In this document: positions 50,196 to 58,405 of the stretch, piece after piece
Numbering within the stretch: position 1 is the stretch's first letter
How the letters are laid out: the number at the start of each line of letters is the position of its first letter
NCBI GenBank assembly: GCA_040755335.1
Contig: JBFMAU010000001.1
Span: 1-59,080 of the forward strand
DNA: 59,080 nt
Reading direction: 5' to 3'
DNA from: Acidobacteriota bacterium
GTDB taxonomy: Bacteria; Acidobacteriota; Blastocatellia; UBA7656
Made by a program: the position numbers and the translations under genes
The notes under the pieces: model-generated
Databases searched by the model: none
What the model was told of the DNA's origin: nothing
Seen by the model: only the letters and a program-made list of their open reading frames with translations

Positions 50196-51337
50196 GGTTC
50201 GACATCGCCGCGAATCAGCGCGTTGATCAGATCTCCGCTGATTTGAAGTTCATTGATAGGTCGAATGATCGTAGGTTCAAAATGGTTTCTCCTGTGAAGG
50301 TAAAGGATATTTTCACTGGAGAAATGCCGAACGGTCTCCTGATTATGCGAGGTTGCTATGAACTGGCCGCCCGACTGAAACGCTTTGCGAAGAGCCAGCA
50401 CAAAATGCCCGACTTCGTCTATGGCAAGATAATTGTCCGGCTCATCCCAGAAACAAAGCAGCGGCCCGTAAGCATCATTCGCGGCAAGCACCAAGGCGCA
50501 TATCATAAAACATTTCTCGCCGTCCGAGAGATCTTCGAACGGCAGGCTCATGCTTCCCTGCTCGGTTGAAAACTGGACTACAAGACTTCGATAATCTTTG
50601 CCTATCTCTGGATTCTTAATGTCCTTAAAGTCTCTTATCTCCTGCTTGAGATACTTGTCGATCTTGACGTAAGCGGCGGGCGCGTAGGCCAGCAGACCTG
50701 AAAACCATGCGCCAAAGTCTTTGACCTGTGTATCCGTATGCAACGTCTCTTGTGTGGATTCTCCTGTAATCAGACCAGGTATAGGTCGAAGGATAAGCAT
50801 ACGAGCGAGCCATTGCTTGAAAATGAACAGAGGGTCGTTCGGCGACTGTTCCTGAACTATCGGCAGAGCCACCAAGTGCCAGTCGATCAGGAACTTCGCC
50901 TCCCCCTCCCCTCTCGTTTTCGCAAGATGCACCTGCGCTTTTTCTCGCGTGTAGACAGGCTTGCCGTCAACAGCCAGTTTCTCTTCGAATACACGTAGTT
51001 CTTTAAATCCGCTGGGAAATTCAAAAGCGATAACGTACTCGTATATCTCGCCCTCCAATTCAACTTCGATCTCGAATCGCATAGGCACATCTGTGCGTCC
51101 GCGAGTGAAGTCTTTAGGCTTCGCAAGTTCGCTCACCCGGTTCGTGCCTCGCGCTATCTTCTGTAGAATCTCCAGCGCAAGTCCGACCGCCGTTTTTCCC
51201 GATCCGTTTTTTCCTATCAGCAGGACGGACGAATGGCCCGCGATTGGCAACTCGAAGTTTTCCAGACACCGGAAGTTGTGGACGTAAAATCGTCTTATCA
51301 CGAGGGGATGATACTGCGCTTTTGAAGGCAGGCTCAA
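50192..51337 (-). CDS. ABC/SMC-type (AAA_15/AAA_21-like) ATPase
   Basis: N-terminal FYVHNFRCLENF, Walker A GKNGSGKT (residues 42-49), LSDGEK signature-like motif, Walker B LLCFWDEPD, H-loop ATSHN. The start is a TTG at 51337 with no obvious SD, so the start is uncertain (an alternative GTG is at 51301). Confidence 0.8.
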   Translation of the reverse strand: MSLPSKAQYHPLVIRRFYVHNFRCLENFELPIAGHSSVLLIGKNGSGKTAVGLALEILQKIARGTNRVSELAKPKDFTRGRTDVPMRFEIEVELEGEIYEYVIAFEFPSGFKELRVFEEKLAVDGKPVYTREKAQVHLAKTRGEGEAKFLIDWHLVALPIVQEQSPNDPLFIFKQWLARMLILRPIPGLITGESTQETLHTDTQVKDFGAWFSGLLAYAPAAYVKIDKYLKQEIRDFKDIKNPEIGKDYRSLVVQFSTEQGSMSLPFEDLSDGEKCFMICALVLAANDAYGPLLCFWDEPDNYLAIDEVGHFVLALRKAFQSGGQFIATSHNQETVRHFSSENILYLHRRNHFEPTIIRPINELQISGDLINALIRGDVEP

Positions 51338-51381
51338 CTGAAATGTCGCATTTTCATGCGCGGACGAAAGGCTCTATCAAC

Positions 51382-51756
51382 TCACTCCACATCGCGCTTT
51401 CCCAATCGAGAGGCCAGCGCGACTCCTACGCCTATGATTCTCTCTGTCGCTTCCATTGGTCTCTGACCCGCCGGAGTCTCCAGCGATCCCGGCTCTGCGA
51501 TCAATCCTATCCGCGCGCTTCCTTCATGCTCGATCAGAACTATGTCGCCCGCGTCGGCCACATCCGCAGCGGTGAAAAATATCACGTCGCCTGCGAAGAG
51601 ATTCTTTTCGGGCCATGAACTGTTCACCCTCACGCATTCGTAATCGCCTTCCGCGAGTATTCCTGCCTCGACCAGAAGATCATCATCCGCCGCGTAGAGT
51701 TGAAGCCGCCTCTCGTCTTTTTCCATAAGCAGATTCAATTCGCCCGCGCGCGTCAA
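51382..51756 (-). CDS. S24 (LexA/UmuD)-like peptidase-fold protein without a DNA-binding domain (tentative)
   Basis: YECVRVNSSWPEKNLFAGDVIFFTAADVADAGDIVLIEHEGSARIGLI aligns in pattern with UmuD [47 protein letters not shown]. A Ser is retained, but the catalytic Lys position is not obviously conserved. The start overlaps the permease stop (51753-51756). Confidence 0.45.
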   Translation of the reverse strand: MTRAGELNLLMEKDERRLQLYAADDDLLVEAGILAEGDYECVRVNSSWPEKNLFAGDVIFFTAADVADAGDIVLIEHEGSARIGLIAEPGSLETPAGQRPMEATERIIGVGVALASRLGKRDVE

Positions 51757-53312
51757 CGTCCGAGCTTGACGGATAAAAACTCTCGCACCACTTCACGCGC
51801 GTCGCGCCCTTCGCCATCGACTGCGAGATTGAGCCGCCGCATCTCCGCGTCCGTTATCTTTCCCGCAAGAGAGTTGATCGCAGCCGCCACCTGCGGATGG
51901 CGTTGCAAAGTCTCGCGCCGAACAATCGCCGCAGCTTCATAAGGCGGGAAATATCGCTGGTCGTCCTGAAGCTGAACAAGACCGAGTTTATCGATCAATC
52001 CGTCGGTCGAATTGCCCGCGATCAAATCGACCTGACTTGATGCGAGCGCGCGATAGGAAAGCGATAAATCCATCTCGCGCGGCGCAGCCGCGAACTTCAA
52101 TCCGTAAGCCCGCGCAAAGCCCGCGTAGCCGTCTTCTCTCGACATGAAATCCTGCCCGAATCCGGCTCTCCACCGAGGAGCATACCTTGCCGCGTCCGAA
52201 ATAGTTTTGAGGTTGAGCCTTTCAGCTTCCGCGCCGCGCACGAGTATCGCAAAAGTGTTTTCAAATCCCAAAGGTTCCATCCATTCCAGACCGAACTCCG
52301 AGAGATATTCGCGTTTTACCTGATCGTAAACTTTTCGCGGATCGGTGATGGGCTGATGTTTGAGTATCGCCGTGAAAGCCGTGCCGGTGTATTCGACATA
52401 AACATCCATCTCGCCCGCTATCATCGCGCGATGGCAGAGGTCGCCTCCCAACTCGAATTTTCTCTCGACCTCCAACCCGGTTTTCATTTCGATCACCTGC
52501 GCGATCATCTCGCCCAGTATGACCTGTTCGGTGAAATCCTTCGAGCCGATGACTATGCGCTCTCTGTTTTTCGATAACACCCCGCTGCCCGCGATCACCA
52601 GTGCGGCGAGCGCAACGGCTCCTGTCGCAAGCGTGATCTTCGCCGTTTTCGCGGCTTTCGCTCTTCCGGGCGCGAGTTGCCTTTCGATCAAACCTAAAAA
52701 GAAATCCGCCGCGAGCGCCATCACTGCCGCAGGAATCGCGCCTGCAAGTATCAAAGTGTTATCGCTCATTCTCAGTCCGCGAAAGATGTATGTGCCGAGT
52801 CCGCCCGCGCCTATGGCCGCAGCTATGGTCGCCGTTCCTACGGAAATCACCGTAGCCACGCGAAGACCCGCAATGATGACGCTTGCGGCAAGCGGAAGCT
52901 CGACCTGCGCGAGCATCTGAGAGTCTGTCATCCCCATCCCGCGCGCAGCCTCGCGCACGCCCGCATCGACTCCCTGTATCCCTGTGAAGGTGTTTCTGAT
53001 GATTGGCAGAAGCGAATAAAGAAAGAGCGCGATCGTGGCAGGGACGCGGCCTATGCCGTAGGAGCCAAGCAGCGGAATTAAAAACCCGAACAGCGCGAGG
53101 CTCGGAACGGTTTGAAGAATGTTGGTTGCGGCAAGCACAGGCTTGCTCAACGCGGGTCGACGGGTGAGAAGTATGCCGACAGGGATGCCTACAGCCGCGG
53201 CGGCCAAGATGGAGACGGCGACGAGAAAAAGATGCTCAAGGGTGAGTTGCGCAACATCGCCGCGATTTTTTATAAGGAAGTTAAGGAAGTTTATGAGGTC
53301 AGTCATTATCAA
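51753..53312 (-). CDS. ABC transporter permease fused to a betaine-type (OpuBC/OpuCC, EgtU-like) substrate-binding domain
   Basis: 519 aa. The N-terminal ~210 aa form a multi-TM permease. The C-terminal ~300 aa form a periplasmic binding domain (IVIGSKDFTEQVILGEM...GTAFTAIL...ENTFAILVR), as in quaternary-amine SBPs. Confidence 0.85.
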   Translation of the reverse strand: MIMTDLINFLNFLIKNRGDVAQLTLEHLFLVAVSILAAAAVGIPVGILLTRRPALSKPVLAATNILQTVPSLALFGFLIPLLGSYGIGRVPATIALFLYSLLPIIRNTFTGIQGVDAGVREAARGMGMTDSQMLAQVELPLAASVIIAGLRVATVISVGTATIAAAIGAGGLGTYIFRGLRMSDNTLILAGAIPAAVMALAADFFLGLIERQLAPGRAKAAKTAKITLATGAVALAALVIAGSGVLSKNRERIVIGSKDFTEQVILGEMIAQVIEMKTGLEVERKFELGGDLCHRAMIAGEMDVYVEYTGTAFTAILKHQPITDPRKVYDQVKREYLSEFGLEWMEPLGFENTFAILVRGAEAERLNLKTISDAARYAPRWRAGFGQDFMSREDGYAGFARAYGLKFAAAPREMDLSLSYRALASSQVDLIAGNSTDGLIDKLGLVQLQDDQRYFPPYEAAAIVRRETLQRHPQVAAAINSLAGKITDAEMRRLNLAVDGEGRDAREVVREFLSVKLGR

Positions 53313-54043
53313 CCCATCGCTTCACAAAAAGCTCTCGCTTCCTCATTGTCAGAACGGGCGAACGCGGCAGGTTCCGATATCTCGACTAATCGACCATCCT
53401 TGAACAAGCCTATCCGGGAGGCGAGCGCGAACGCTTCGCGGACATCGTGCGTGACGAAGACAATCGTTTTGTGGAGCGAGCGCGAAAGCTGGGCAAATTC
53501 GCGTTGAAGCTCTGCGCGCGTCAGAGGATCAAGCGCGCCGAACGGCTCGTCCATCAAAATTATCGGCGGGTCTGCCGCAAGCGCGCGCGCAACGCCCACC
53601 CTCTGACGCTGGCCCCCGGAAAGCTCATGCGGATAGCGACGAGAGAACACAGCAGGGTCGAGTCCGACCATATTGAGAAGATCGCGGACGCGCTCGCCTG
53701 TTCTCGCTTCGTCCCAACCTTCGAGTCGCGGAACCACTGAAATATTTCTTTCGACCGTGAAATGCGGAAACAATCCCGTCTCCTGAATCACGTAGCCGAT
53801 GTGCCTGCGAAGTCGAATCGCATCCCATGCAGTCGTGGGTTTCTGCTCGACTCTCACTTCGCCCGCAGCCGGATCGAGCAGCCGGTTGATGAGCTTGAGA
53901 GTAGTCGTCTTTCCCGATCCGCTTCTTCCCAGAAGCACAAGGGTTTCGCCTCGCGCGATCTGAAAATTCAAACCTTCGACCATCGTCTTGCCGCTCGCGC
54001 GGGCGACCGTGTTGCGAAACTCAATGACCGAATCGCCTGTCAT
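53309..54043 (-). CDS. ABC transporter ATP-binding protein (quaternary-amine type, no CBS tail)
   Basis: Walker A GRSGSGKTT, Q-loop, LSGGQRQRVGVARAL, Walker B ILMDEPFGALD, H-loop THD. The 4-nt overlap with the permease gene is at 53309-53312. Confidence 0.9.
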   Translation of the reverse strand: MTGDSVIEFRNTVARASGKTMVEGLNFQIARGETLVLLGRSGSGKTTTLKLINRLLDPAAGEVRVEQKPTTAWDAIRLRRHIGYVIQETGLFPHFTVERNISVVPRLEGWDEARTGERVRDLLNMVGLDPAVFSRRYPHELSGGQRQRVGVARALAADPPIILMDEPFGALDPLTRAELQREFAQLSRSLHKTIVFVTHDVREAFALASRIGLFKDGRLVEISEPAAFARSDNEEARAFCEAMG

Positions 54044-54046
54044 CTC

Positions 54047-55045
54047 TCACCTGACCGCAAACAGATTGAAGCTGAACCGTCGAAGCGAATCTGTCCACGT
54101 CCTGTCGAGCGAAAAGTTTGATTCGCGCGCAAGAGCGGCTAATTGATCTGTGTCGTACTTGTAAGAATTTTCGGTGTGGATCGTTTCGCCTTCTTCGAAA
54201 TGAATCTCCACATCGAGCGAGCGTATGGCGATGGTCTGACGCGCGCGGCTCACGAGATACATCTCCATTCGCCCTTCGCTTTCGTTGTAGACGGCGCGAT
54301 GCTCGAATTTTTTAAGATCGAAATTCGCTCCAAGCTCGCGGTTGATCCTTACGAGCAGATTCAAATTGAATACGGCAGTGACTCCGAGCGGGTCGTCATA
54401 AGCTGGAACGAGAATGTCAGCCGTTTTTTTCAAATCCGCGCCGACGAGCAATCCGTCTCCGCTGTGAAGCGCTCTTCTGACGGCGCGCAGAAAAGCGAGA
54501 GATTCGTCGCGGTCAAAGTTGCCTATGTTCGATCCCAGAAACAAAGCCATCGCGCGCTCATCCGTCGCGCGCGGCTCTTCGCTCATCGCTTCGAGAGCGG
54601 TGAAGTAATCCGCAGCGTAAGCGGTGATGCGAAGGCGCGGATAGGTCTTGAGCAGTTCGCGGCTGCTTTCTGCTATGCTCGCGGGCGAGATGTCGATTGG
54701 CTCGTAGTGAAGCGCGCCCTGACGGGCGAGAAGCGCATCGATGAGATAACGGGTCTTTTCTGCGCTGCCGCTGCCCAACTCGATCAATCGCACAGGGCCG
54801 CGTATCGAAGCGGCTATCTCTTCCGCGTGATTGCGAAGTATCTCGCTTTCGGCGCGGGTGAGATAGTATTCCGGCAAGCGGCAGATGGCGACGAAGAGTT
54901 GAGAGCCGAGGTCATCGTAAAAATATTTCGGCAGCAGAGATTTTTTCTTCGACGAAAGGCCCGCCCTCACATCGTCGGCAAAAGAGTTTGCGCCCAAAGT
55001 GTGAGCAAGATTGTGAACTGTCAATCGGTCGCTGATCTCAGACAC
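54047..55045 (-). CDS. egtD: L-histidine N-alpha-methyltransferase (hercynine synthase, EgtD family)
   Basis: Near end-to-end resemblance to mycobacterial EgtD: DVRAGLSSKKKSLLPKYFYDDLGSQLF..LPEYYLTRAE, ELGSGSAEKT, FLGSNIGN, AYDDPLGVTAVFNLN, NRELGANFDLKKFEH, ENSYKY. GTG start at 55045. Confidence 0.9.
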   Translation of the reverse strand: MSEISDRLTVHNLAHTLGANSFADDVRAGLSSKKKSLLPKYFYDDLGSQLFVAICRLPEYYLTRAESEILRNHAEEIAASIRGPVRLIELGSGSAEKTRYLIDALLARQGALHYEPIDISPASIAESSRELLKTYPRLRITAYAADYFTALEAMSEEPRATDERAMALFLGSNIGNFDRDESLAFLRAVRRALHSGDGLLVGADLKKTADILVPAYDDPLGVTAVFNLNLLVRINRELGANFDLKKFEHRAVYNESEGRMEMYLVSRARQTIAIRSLDVEIHFEEGETIHTENSYKYDTDQLAALARESNFSLDRTWTDSLRRFSFNLFAVR

Positions 55046-55158
55046 TTGTGAATCCTTTTATTTTCATATTCGCGCTCGCCGCATCGATCATTGACAAGGC
55101 AATGGTATATTACTCCTTCCTTCGGTGACAAACTTTGACCGGACGAAGCGAGCATTGC

Positions 55159-55974
55159 ATGAAAAATACAAGACTTGCCCTTATCGGTTTTCCATTCGAC
55201 CGGTACTCCTCTTACCTGAGAGGCGCGGCTCAGGCTCCGCCTCTCATTCGTCAGGCGTTTCGCTGTCCCTCATCGAATATGTGGACTGAATCAGGAATCG
55301 ATTTGGAAAACGCTTTCTTCGACGCGGGCGATGTGGATTTCTCTTCCGTAGAAGCGTTCGCTCTCATCGAATCGGCGATCACAGATTTGCTCGATAGAAA
55401 CCTCGCGCCCATCTCTTTAGGCGGCGATCATTCGATCACGTATCCGATCATCCGCGCCTTTCGCAGAAAGTATCCGCGATTGAGCATACTGCATTTCGAC
55501 GCGCATTCGGATATCTACGACGTATTCGAGGGCAATCGCTTCTCTCACGCCTGCCCTTTCGCGCGCATCATGGAAGAAGGCTTGGTCGAAAGACTGGTTC
55601 AGGTAGGCATTCGCACGCTGAGTCGCCATCAACGAGAGCAGGTCGCGCGCTTCGGCGTAGAAGTTCACGAGATGAAAGACTGGCGCGACGATATCAAGCT
55701 GGAATTCGATTCGCCGCTCTACATTTCATTCGATATGGACGGACTCGACCCTGCGTGCAGCCCCGGAGTTTCGCACCCTGAACCGGGAGGACTGACTACC
55801 CGACAGGCCGTGGGCGTGATTCAATCCGTCAGGGCTTGCGTCGTCGGAGCCGATATAGTTGAATTCAATCCCGCGCGAGATGTGTCCGGGATAACCGCGA
55901 TGGCTTGCGCGAAACTTCTCAAAGAAATCGCCGCGCAAACGCTTGAGCAAGGCGAAGGAAAGGAAAAGGAATGA
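55159..55974 (+). CDS. Arginase-family ureohydrolase (agmatinase / formimidoylglutamase-like)
   Basis: ATG at 55159. Mn-ligand motifs LGGDHSITYP, FDAHSDIYD, SFDMDGLDPA and a downstream E. Confidence 0.85.
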   Translation: MKNTRLALIGFPFDRYSSYLRGAAQAPPLIRQAFRCPSSNMWTESGIDLENAFFDAGDVDFSSVEAFALIESAITDLLDRNLAPISLGGDHSITYPIIRAFRRKYPRLSILHFDAHSDIYDVFEGNRFSHACPFARIMEEGLVERLVQVGIRTLSRHQREQVARFGVEVHEMKDWRDDIKLEFDSPLYISFDMDGLDPACSPGVSHPEPGGLTTRQAVGVIQSVRACVVGADIVEFNPARDVSGITAMACAKLLKEIAAQTLEQGEGKEKE

Positions 55975-56900
55975 GCATAATGAGAAGCGTCCTGCTTGCA
56001 GGATCGCAAAGCGCGTGGCTGCGCAATCAGGCCCCGCGTTACCGTTTCGTGCGTCGCGCAGTGTCGCGATTTATGCCCGGTGAAAAAGTCGAAGACGCAA
56101 TCGAAGCCGCCCGCGCGCTCGTCGGCGAAAATATAGGAACCGTTTTCACTCACCTCGGAGAAAACATCGCTGACCGAAAAGAGTCGGAAGAAGTGGCCGA
56201 TCATTACCTTGAGGTGTTGGACAAAATAGCGGCGGCAAATTTATCGACTGAGATTTCAGTCAAGCTCACTCAACTGGGACTCGATCTGAGTGACGAGCTT
56301 TGTTATGAGAATCTGAAAAAGGTCATCACCCGCGAATCCGCTTCGCGCACGGTCTGGATAGATATGGAGCAGACCGATTATGTCGACCGCACGCTCGATA
56401 TTTATCGCCGCGCGAAATCGGATTTTCCGAACGTCGGCCTTTGTCTTCAGTCTTATCTTTATCGAACTGAAAAAGACCTCGATTCACTGATGCCGCTCAG
56501 TCCGGCTATCAGATTAGTGAAGGGCGCGTACAGAGAACCCGCTGACCGCGCCTATCCGCGCAAGCGAGACGTTGATGAAAATTATTTCAAGCTCACACAA
56601 AAACTTTTGAGCGAAGAGGCGCGAAGTCTGAATGTGCGCGCAGGCATCGCCACGCACGATGCGGAATTGATTCGACGAACGGAAGAGTTCGCGGCTAAGG
56701 AAGGCATCGCGAAAGACAAGGTGGAGTTTCAGATGCTTTATGGAATTCAGCGCGGCGCGCAGCAGCGATTGGCGAAGGATGGACACAGAATGATCGTGCT
56801 GATCTCTTACGGAGATTTCTGGTTCCCGTGGTACATGCGAAGACTGGCCGAGCGACCCGCCAACGTCTGGTTCGTCGTCAAGAATATGTTTTCAGGATAA
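55971..56900 (+). CDS. Proline dehydrogenase (monofunctional PutA-like)
   Basis: 309 aa, ATGA overlap with the ureohydrolase gene. Motifs VKLTQLG, RLVKGAY, ATHD, FQMLYGI. Confidence 0.85.
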   Translation: MSIMRSVLLAGSQSAWLRNQAPRYRFVRRAVSRFMPGEKVEDAIEAARALVGENIGTVFTHLGENIADRKESEEVADHYLEVLDKIAAANLSTEISVKLTQLGLDLSDELCYENLKKVITRESASRTVWIDMEQTDYVDRTLDIYRRAKSDFPNVGLCLQSYLYRTEKDLDSLMPLSPAIRLVKGAYREPADRAYPRKRDVDENYFKLTQKLLSEEARSLNVRAGIATHDAELIRRTEEFAAKEGIAKDKVEFQMLYGIQRGAQQRLAKDGHRMIVLISYGDFWFPWYMRRLAERPANVWFVVKNMFSG

Positions 56901-56977
56901 GCGAGCAGGGTTGAAAAAAATATCCGGTGGCGATGAAATATTGATGCTGGATCGAACGGTCTTATTCTGAGAGGTTC

Positions 56978-57066
56978 TTTCACCGCAGAGGCGCAGAGGA
57001 CACAGAGGTTACGCAGAGATTTCTTCTCCGCGCTCACTCAGCGTTCTCTGCGCCTCTGCGGTGAAT
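56978..57066. repeat. CGCAGAG/CTCTGCG palindromic REP-like element, family A (copy 3)
   Basis: TTTCACCGCAGAGGCGCAGAGGACACAGAGGTTACGCAGAG ... TTCTCTGCGCCTCTGCGGTGAA. Confidence 0.85.
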
Positions 57067-57166
57067 CTCACTCAAACAGTCGGGCATTACTTGTTCACCG
57101 CCACCAATTATCCTGCGCAAAACCCGGACTCGCTATCCGCGCCTGTGAGCAATCCATTGATCGCTC

Positions 57167-58405
57167 TCACCAGCGGCCCAGCAGTTTGCGTTTGTGGCTG
57201 TCTTTGAGATGCTCGCGGACTTTTTTCTCGTCCATCCATTCCGGGTGCGGAATCCGAACTTCGCTCGCCTCATCGACAAGCTCTTTGAGATGGCTGCTGA
57301 TGGCAGCCTCAGCCAGCAGGTATCCGTGATTCTCAAGCACACAGGCTTCGGCCTCAGAGAATGCGTCAAGGTCTGTGCGAATTTTTCTTATGACCTCATC
57401 TACAAGCGCCTCGGAGTAAGCCTCACTGCCGCCATCATAATGTTTGACCGCGCTGCCTATGCCCCAGTACGCGCCTTTGAAACTCTTGTTGATGAAACCC
57501 GCTATGAGCCATCGCTTGCGCAATGCCAAAGACTGTTTGCCCTGTATCTCGGTGTAACGCGACAGACGATAAAACAATCCTTTATCCGGCTCGAAATCGA
57601 ACACGGCACCGCCGTCTGAAACCAGAACATACTCGCTCGTCTTCCACACAGGCTCAAGTCCCAGATTGTCGTAGTTGCCTCCATCGGTCAGCCGCAACCC
57701 GCGGATTCTTTCATCGCGCTGTCCGCTTTGATCCTTTCCGCCTTTCAACAGAACGGGATCGATATTGATTGGCAGCGGATTGAACACGGGAGGAAAACAG
57801 GAGGAAGCCGCAATGGCTCGCGCTGCAAGCCATTCGTCAGGCGGATTCATATAGCCCGCTTCATAATCCCCCGCGCGAGTCCGCTCGAAAATCCAGTTGA
57901 CTCCATAAGCCATATCGGTCGCGCAAAAGATGAAGTTCTTCTCCTCGGGCAGTTCCTTCAGGTGGAGCGAGATCAAATCTTTTGCGTAGCGCGAAGCCAG
58001 CGCGCGGACGGCTGTGCTGCTCGTGAACCAGTTCCACGGAAGCAGTCGGCTCAGAATCGGAAAGGTGCGGATGTTTTTCGATGTGAATTGACGAAACGGC
58101 GCGGCCACGGTCTCTTCCCAGTCGGTGTAAACCCTCTCGCCCGACTCTTTGAGGCAGCGGGCGAGATGTCCAGCCAGAATGCTACCGCCCGACACGGACG
58201 AGAAAACATCCGTCTTGCGCAGGATGCCAGTTTCATTGAGCCTTCGGAGCGCGCCGAGATGAAACAGAGATGCGCGAAATCCTCCGCCCGACAAACACAG
58301 GGCTATCCCTGATCGTCTGGCTTGAGGAGTGTAGACATCAAGCGCGTGTTCGGTCGCCGTTTTTTCATCGACCGCCTTTGCCGCATCTTCAGGATATGCG
58401 CTCAT
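57167..58405 (-). CDS. Patatin-like phospholipase
   Basis: Oxyanion LSGGGFRASLFHLG, nucleophile SVSGGS (GxSxG), catalytic Asp TDGGNYDNLG. A C-terminal ~130-aa extension has no recognisable domain. Confidence 0.85.
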   Translation of the reverse strand: MSAYPEDAAKAVDEKTATEHALDVYTPQARRSGIALCLSGGGFRASLFHLGALRRLNETGILRKTDVFSSVSGGSILAGHLARCLKESGERVYTDWEETVAAPFRQFTSKNIRTFPILSRLLPWNWFTSSTAVRALASRYAKDLISLHLKELPEEKNFIFCATDMAYGVNWIFERTRAGDYEAGYMNPPDEWLAARAIAASSCFPPVFNPLPINIDPVLLKGGKDQSGQRDERIRGLRLTDGGNYDNLGLEPVWKTSEYVLVSDGGAVFDFEPDKGLFYRLSRYTEIQGKQSLALRKRWLIAGFINKSFKGAYWGIGSAVKHYDGGSEAYSEALVDEVIRKIRTDLDAFSEAEACVLENHGYLLAEAAISSHLKELVDEASEVRIPHPEWMDEKKVREHLKDSHKRKLLGRW

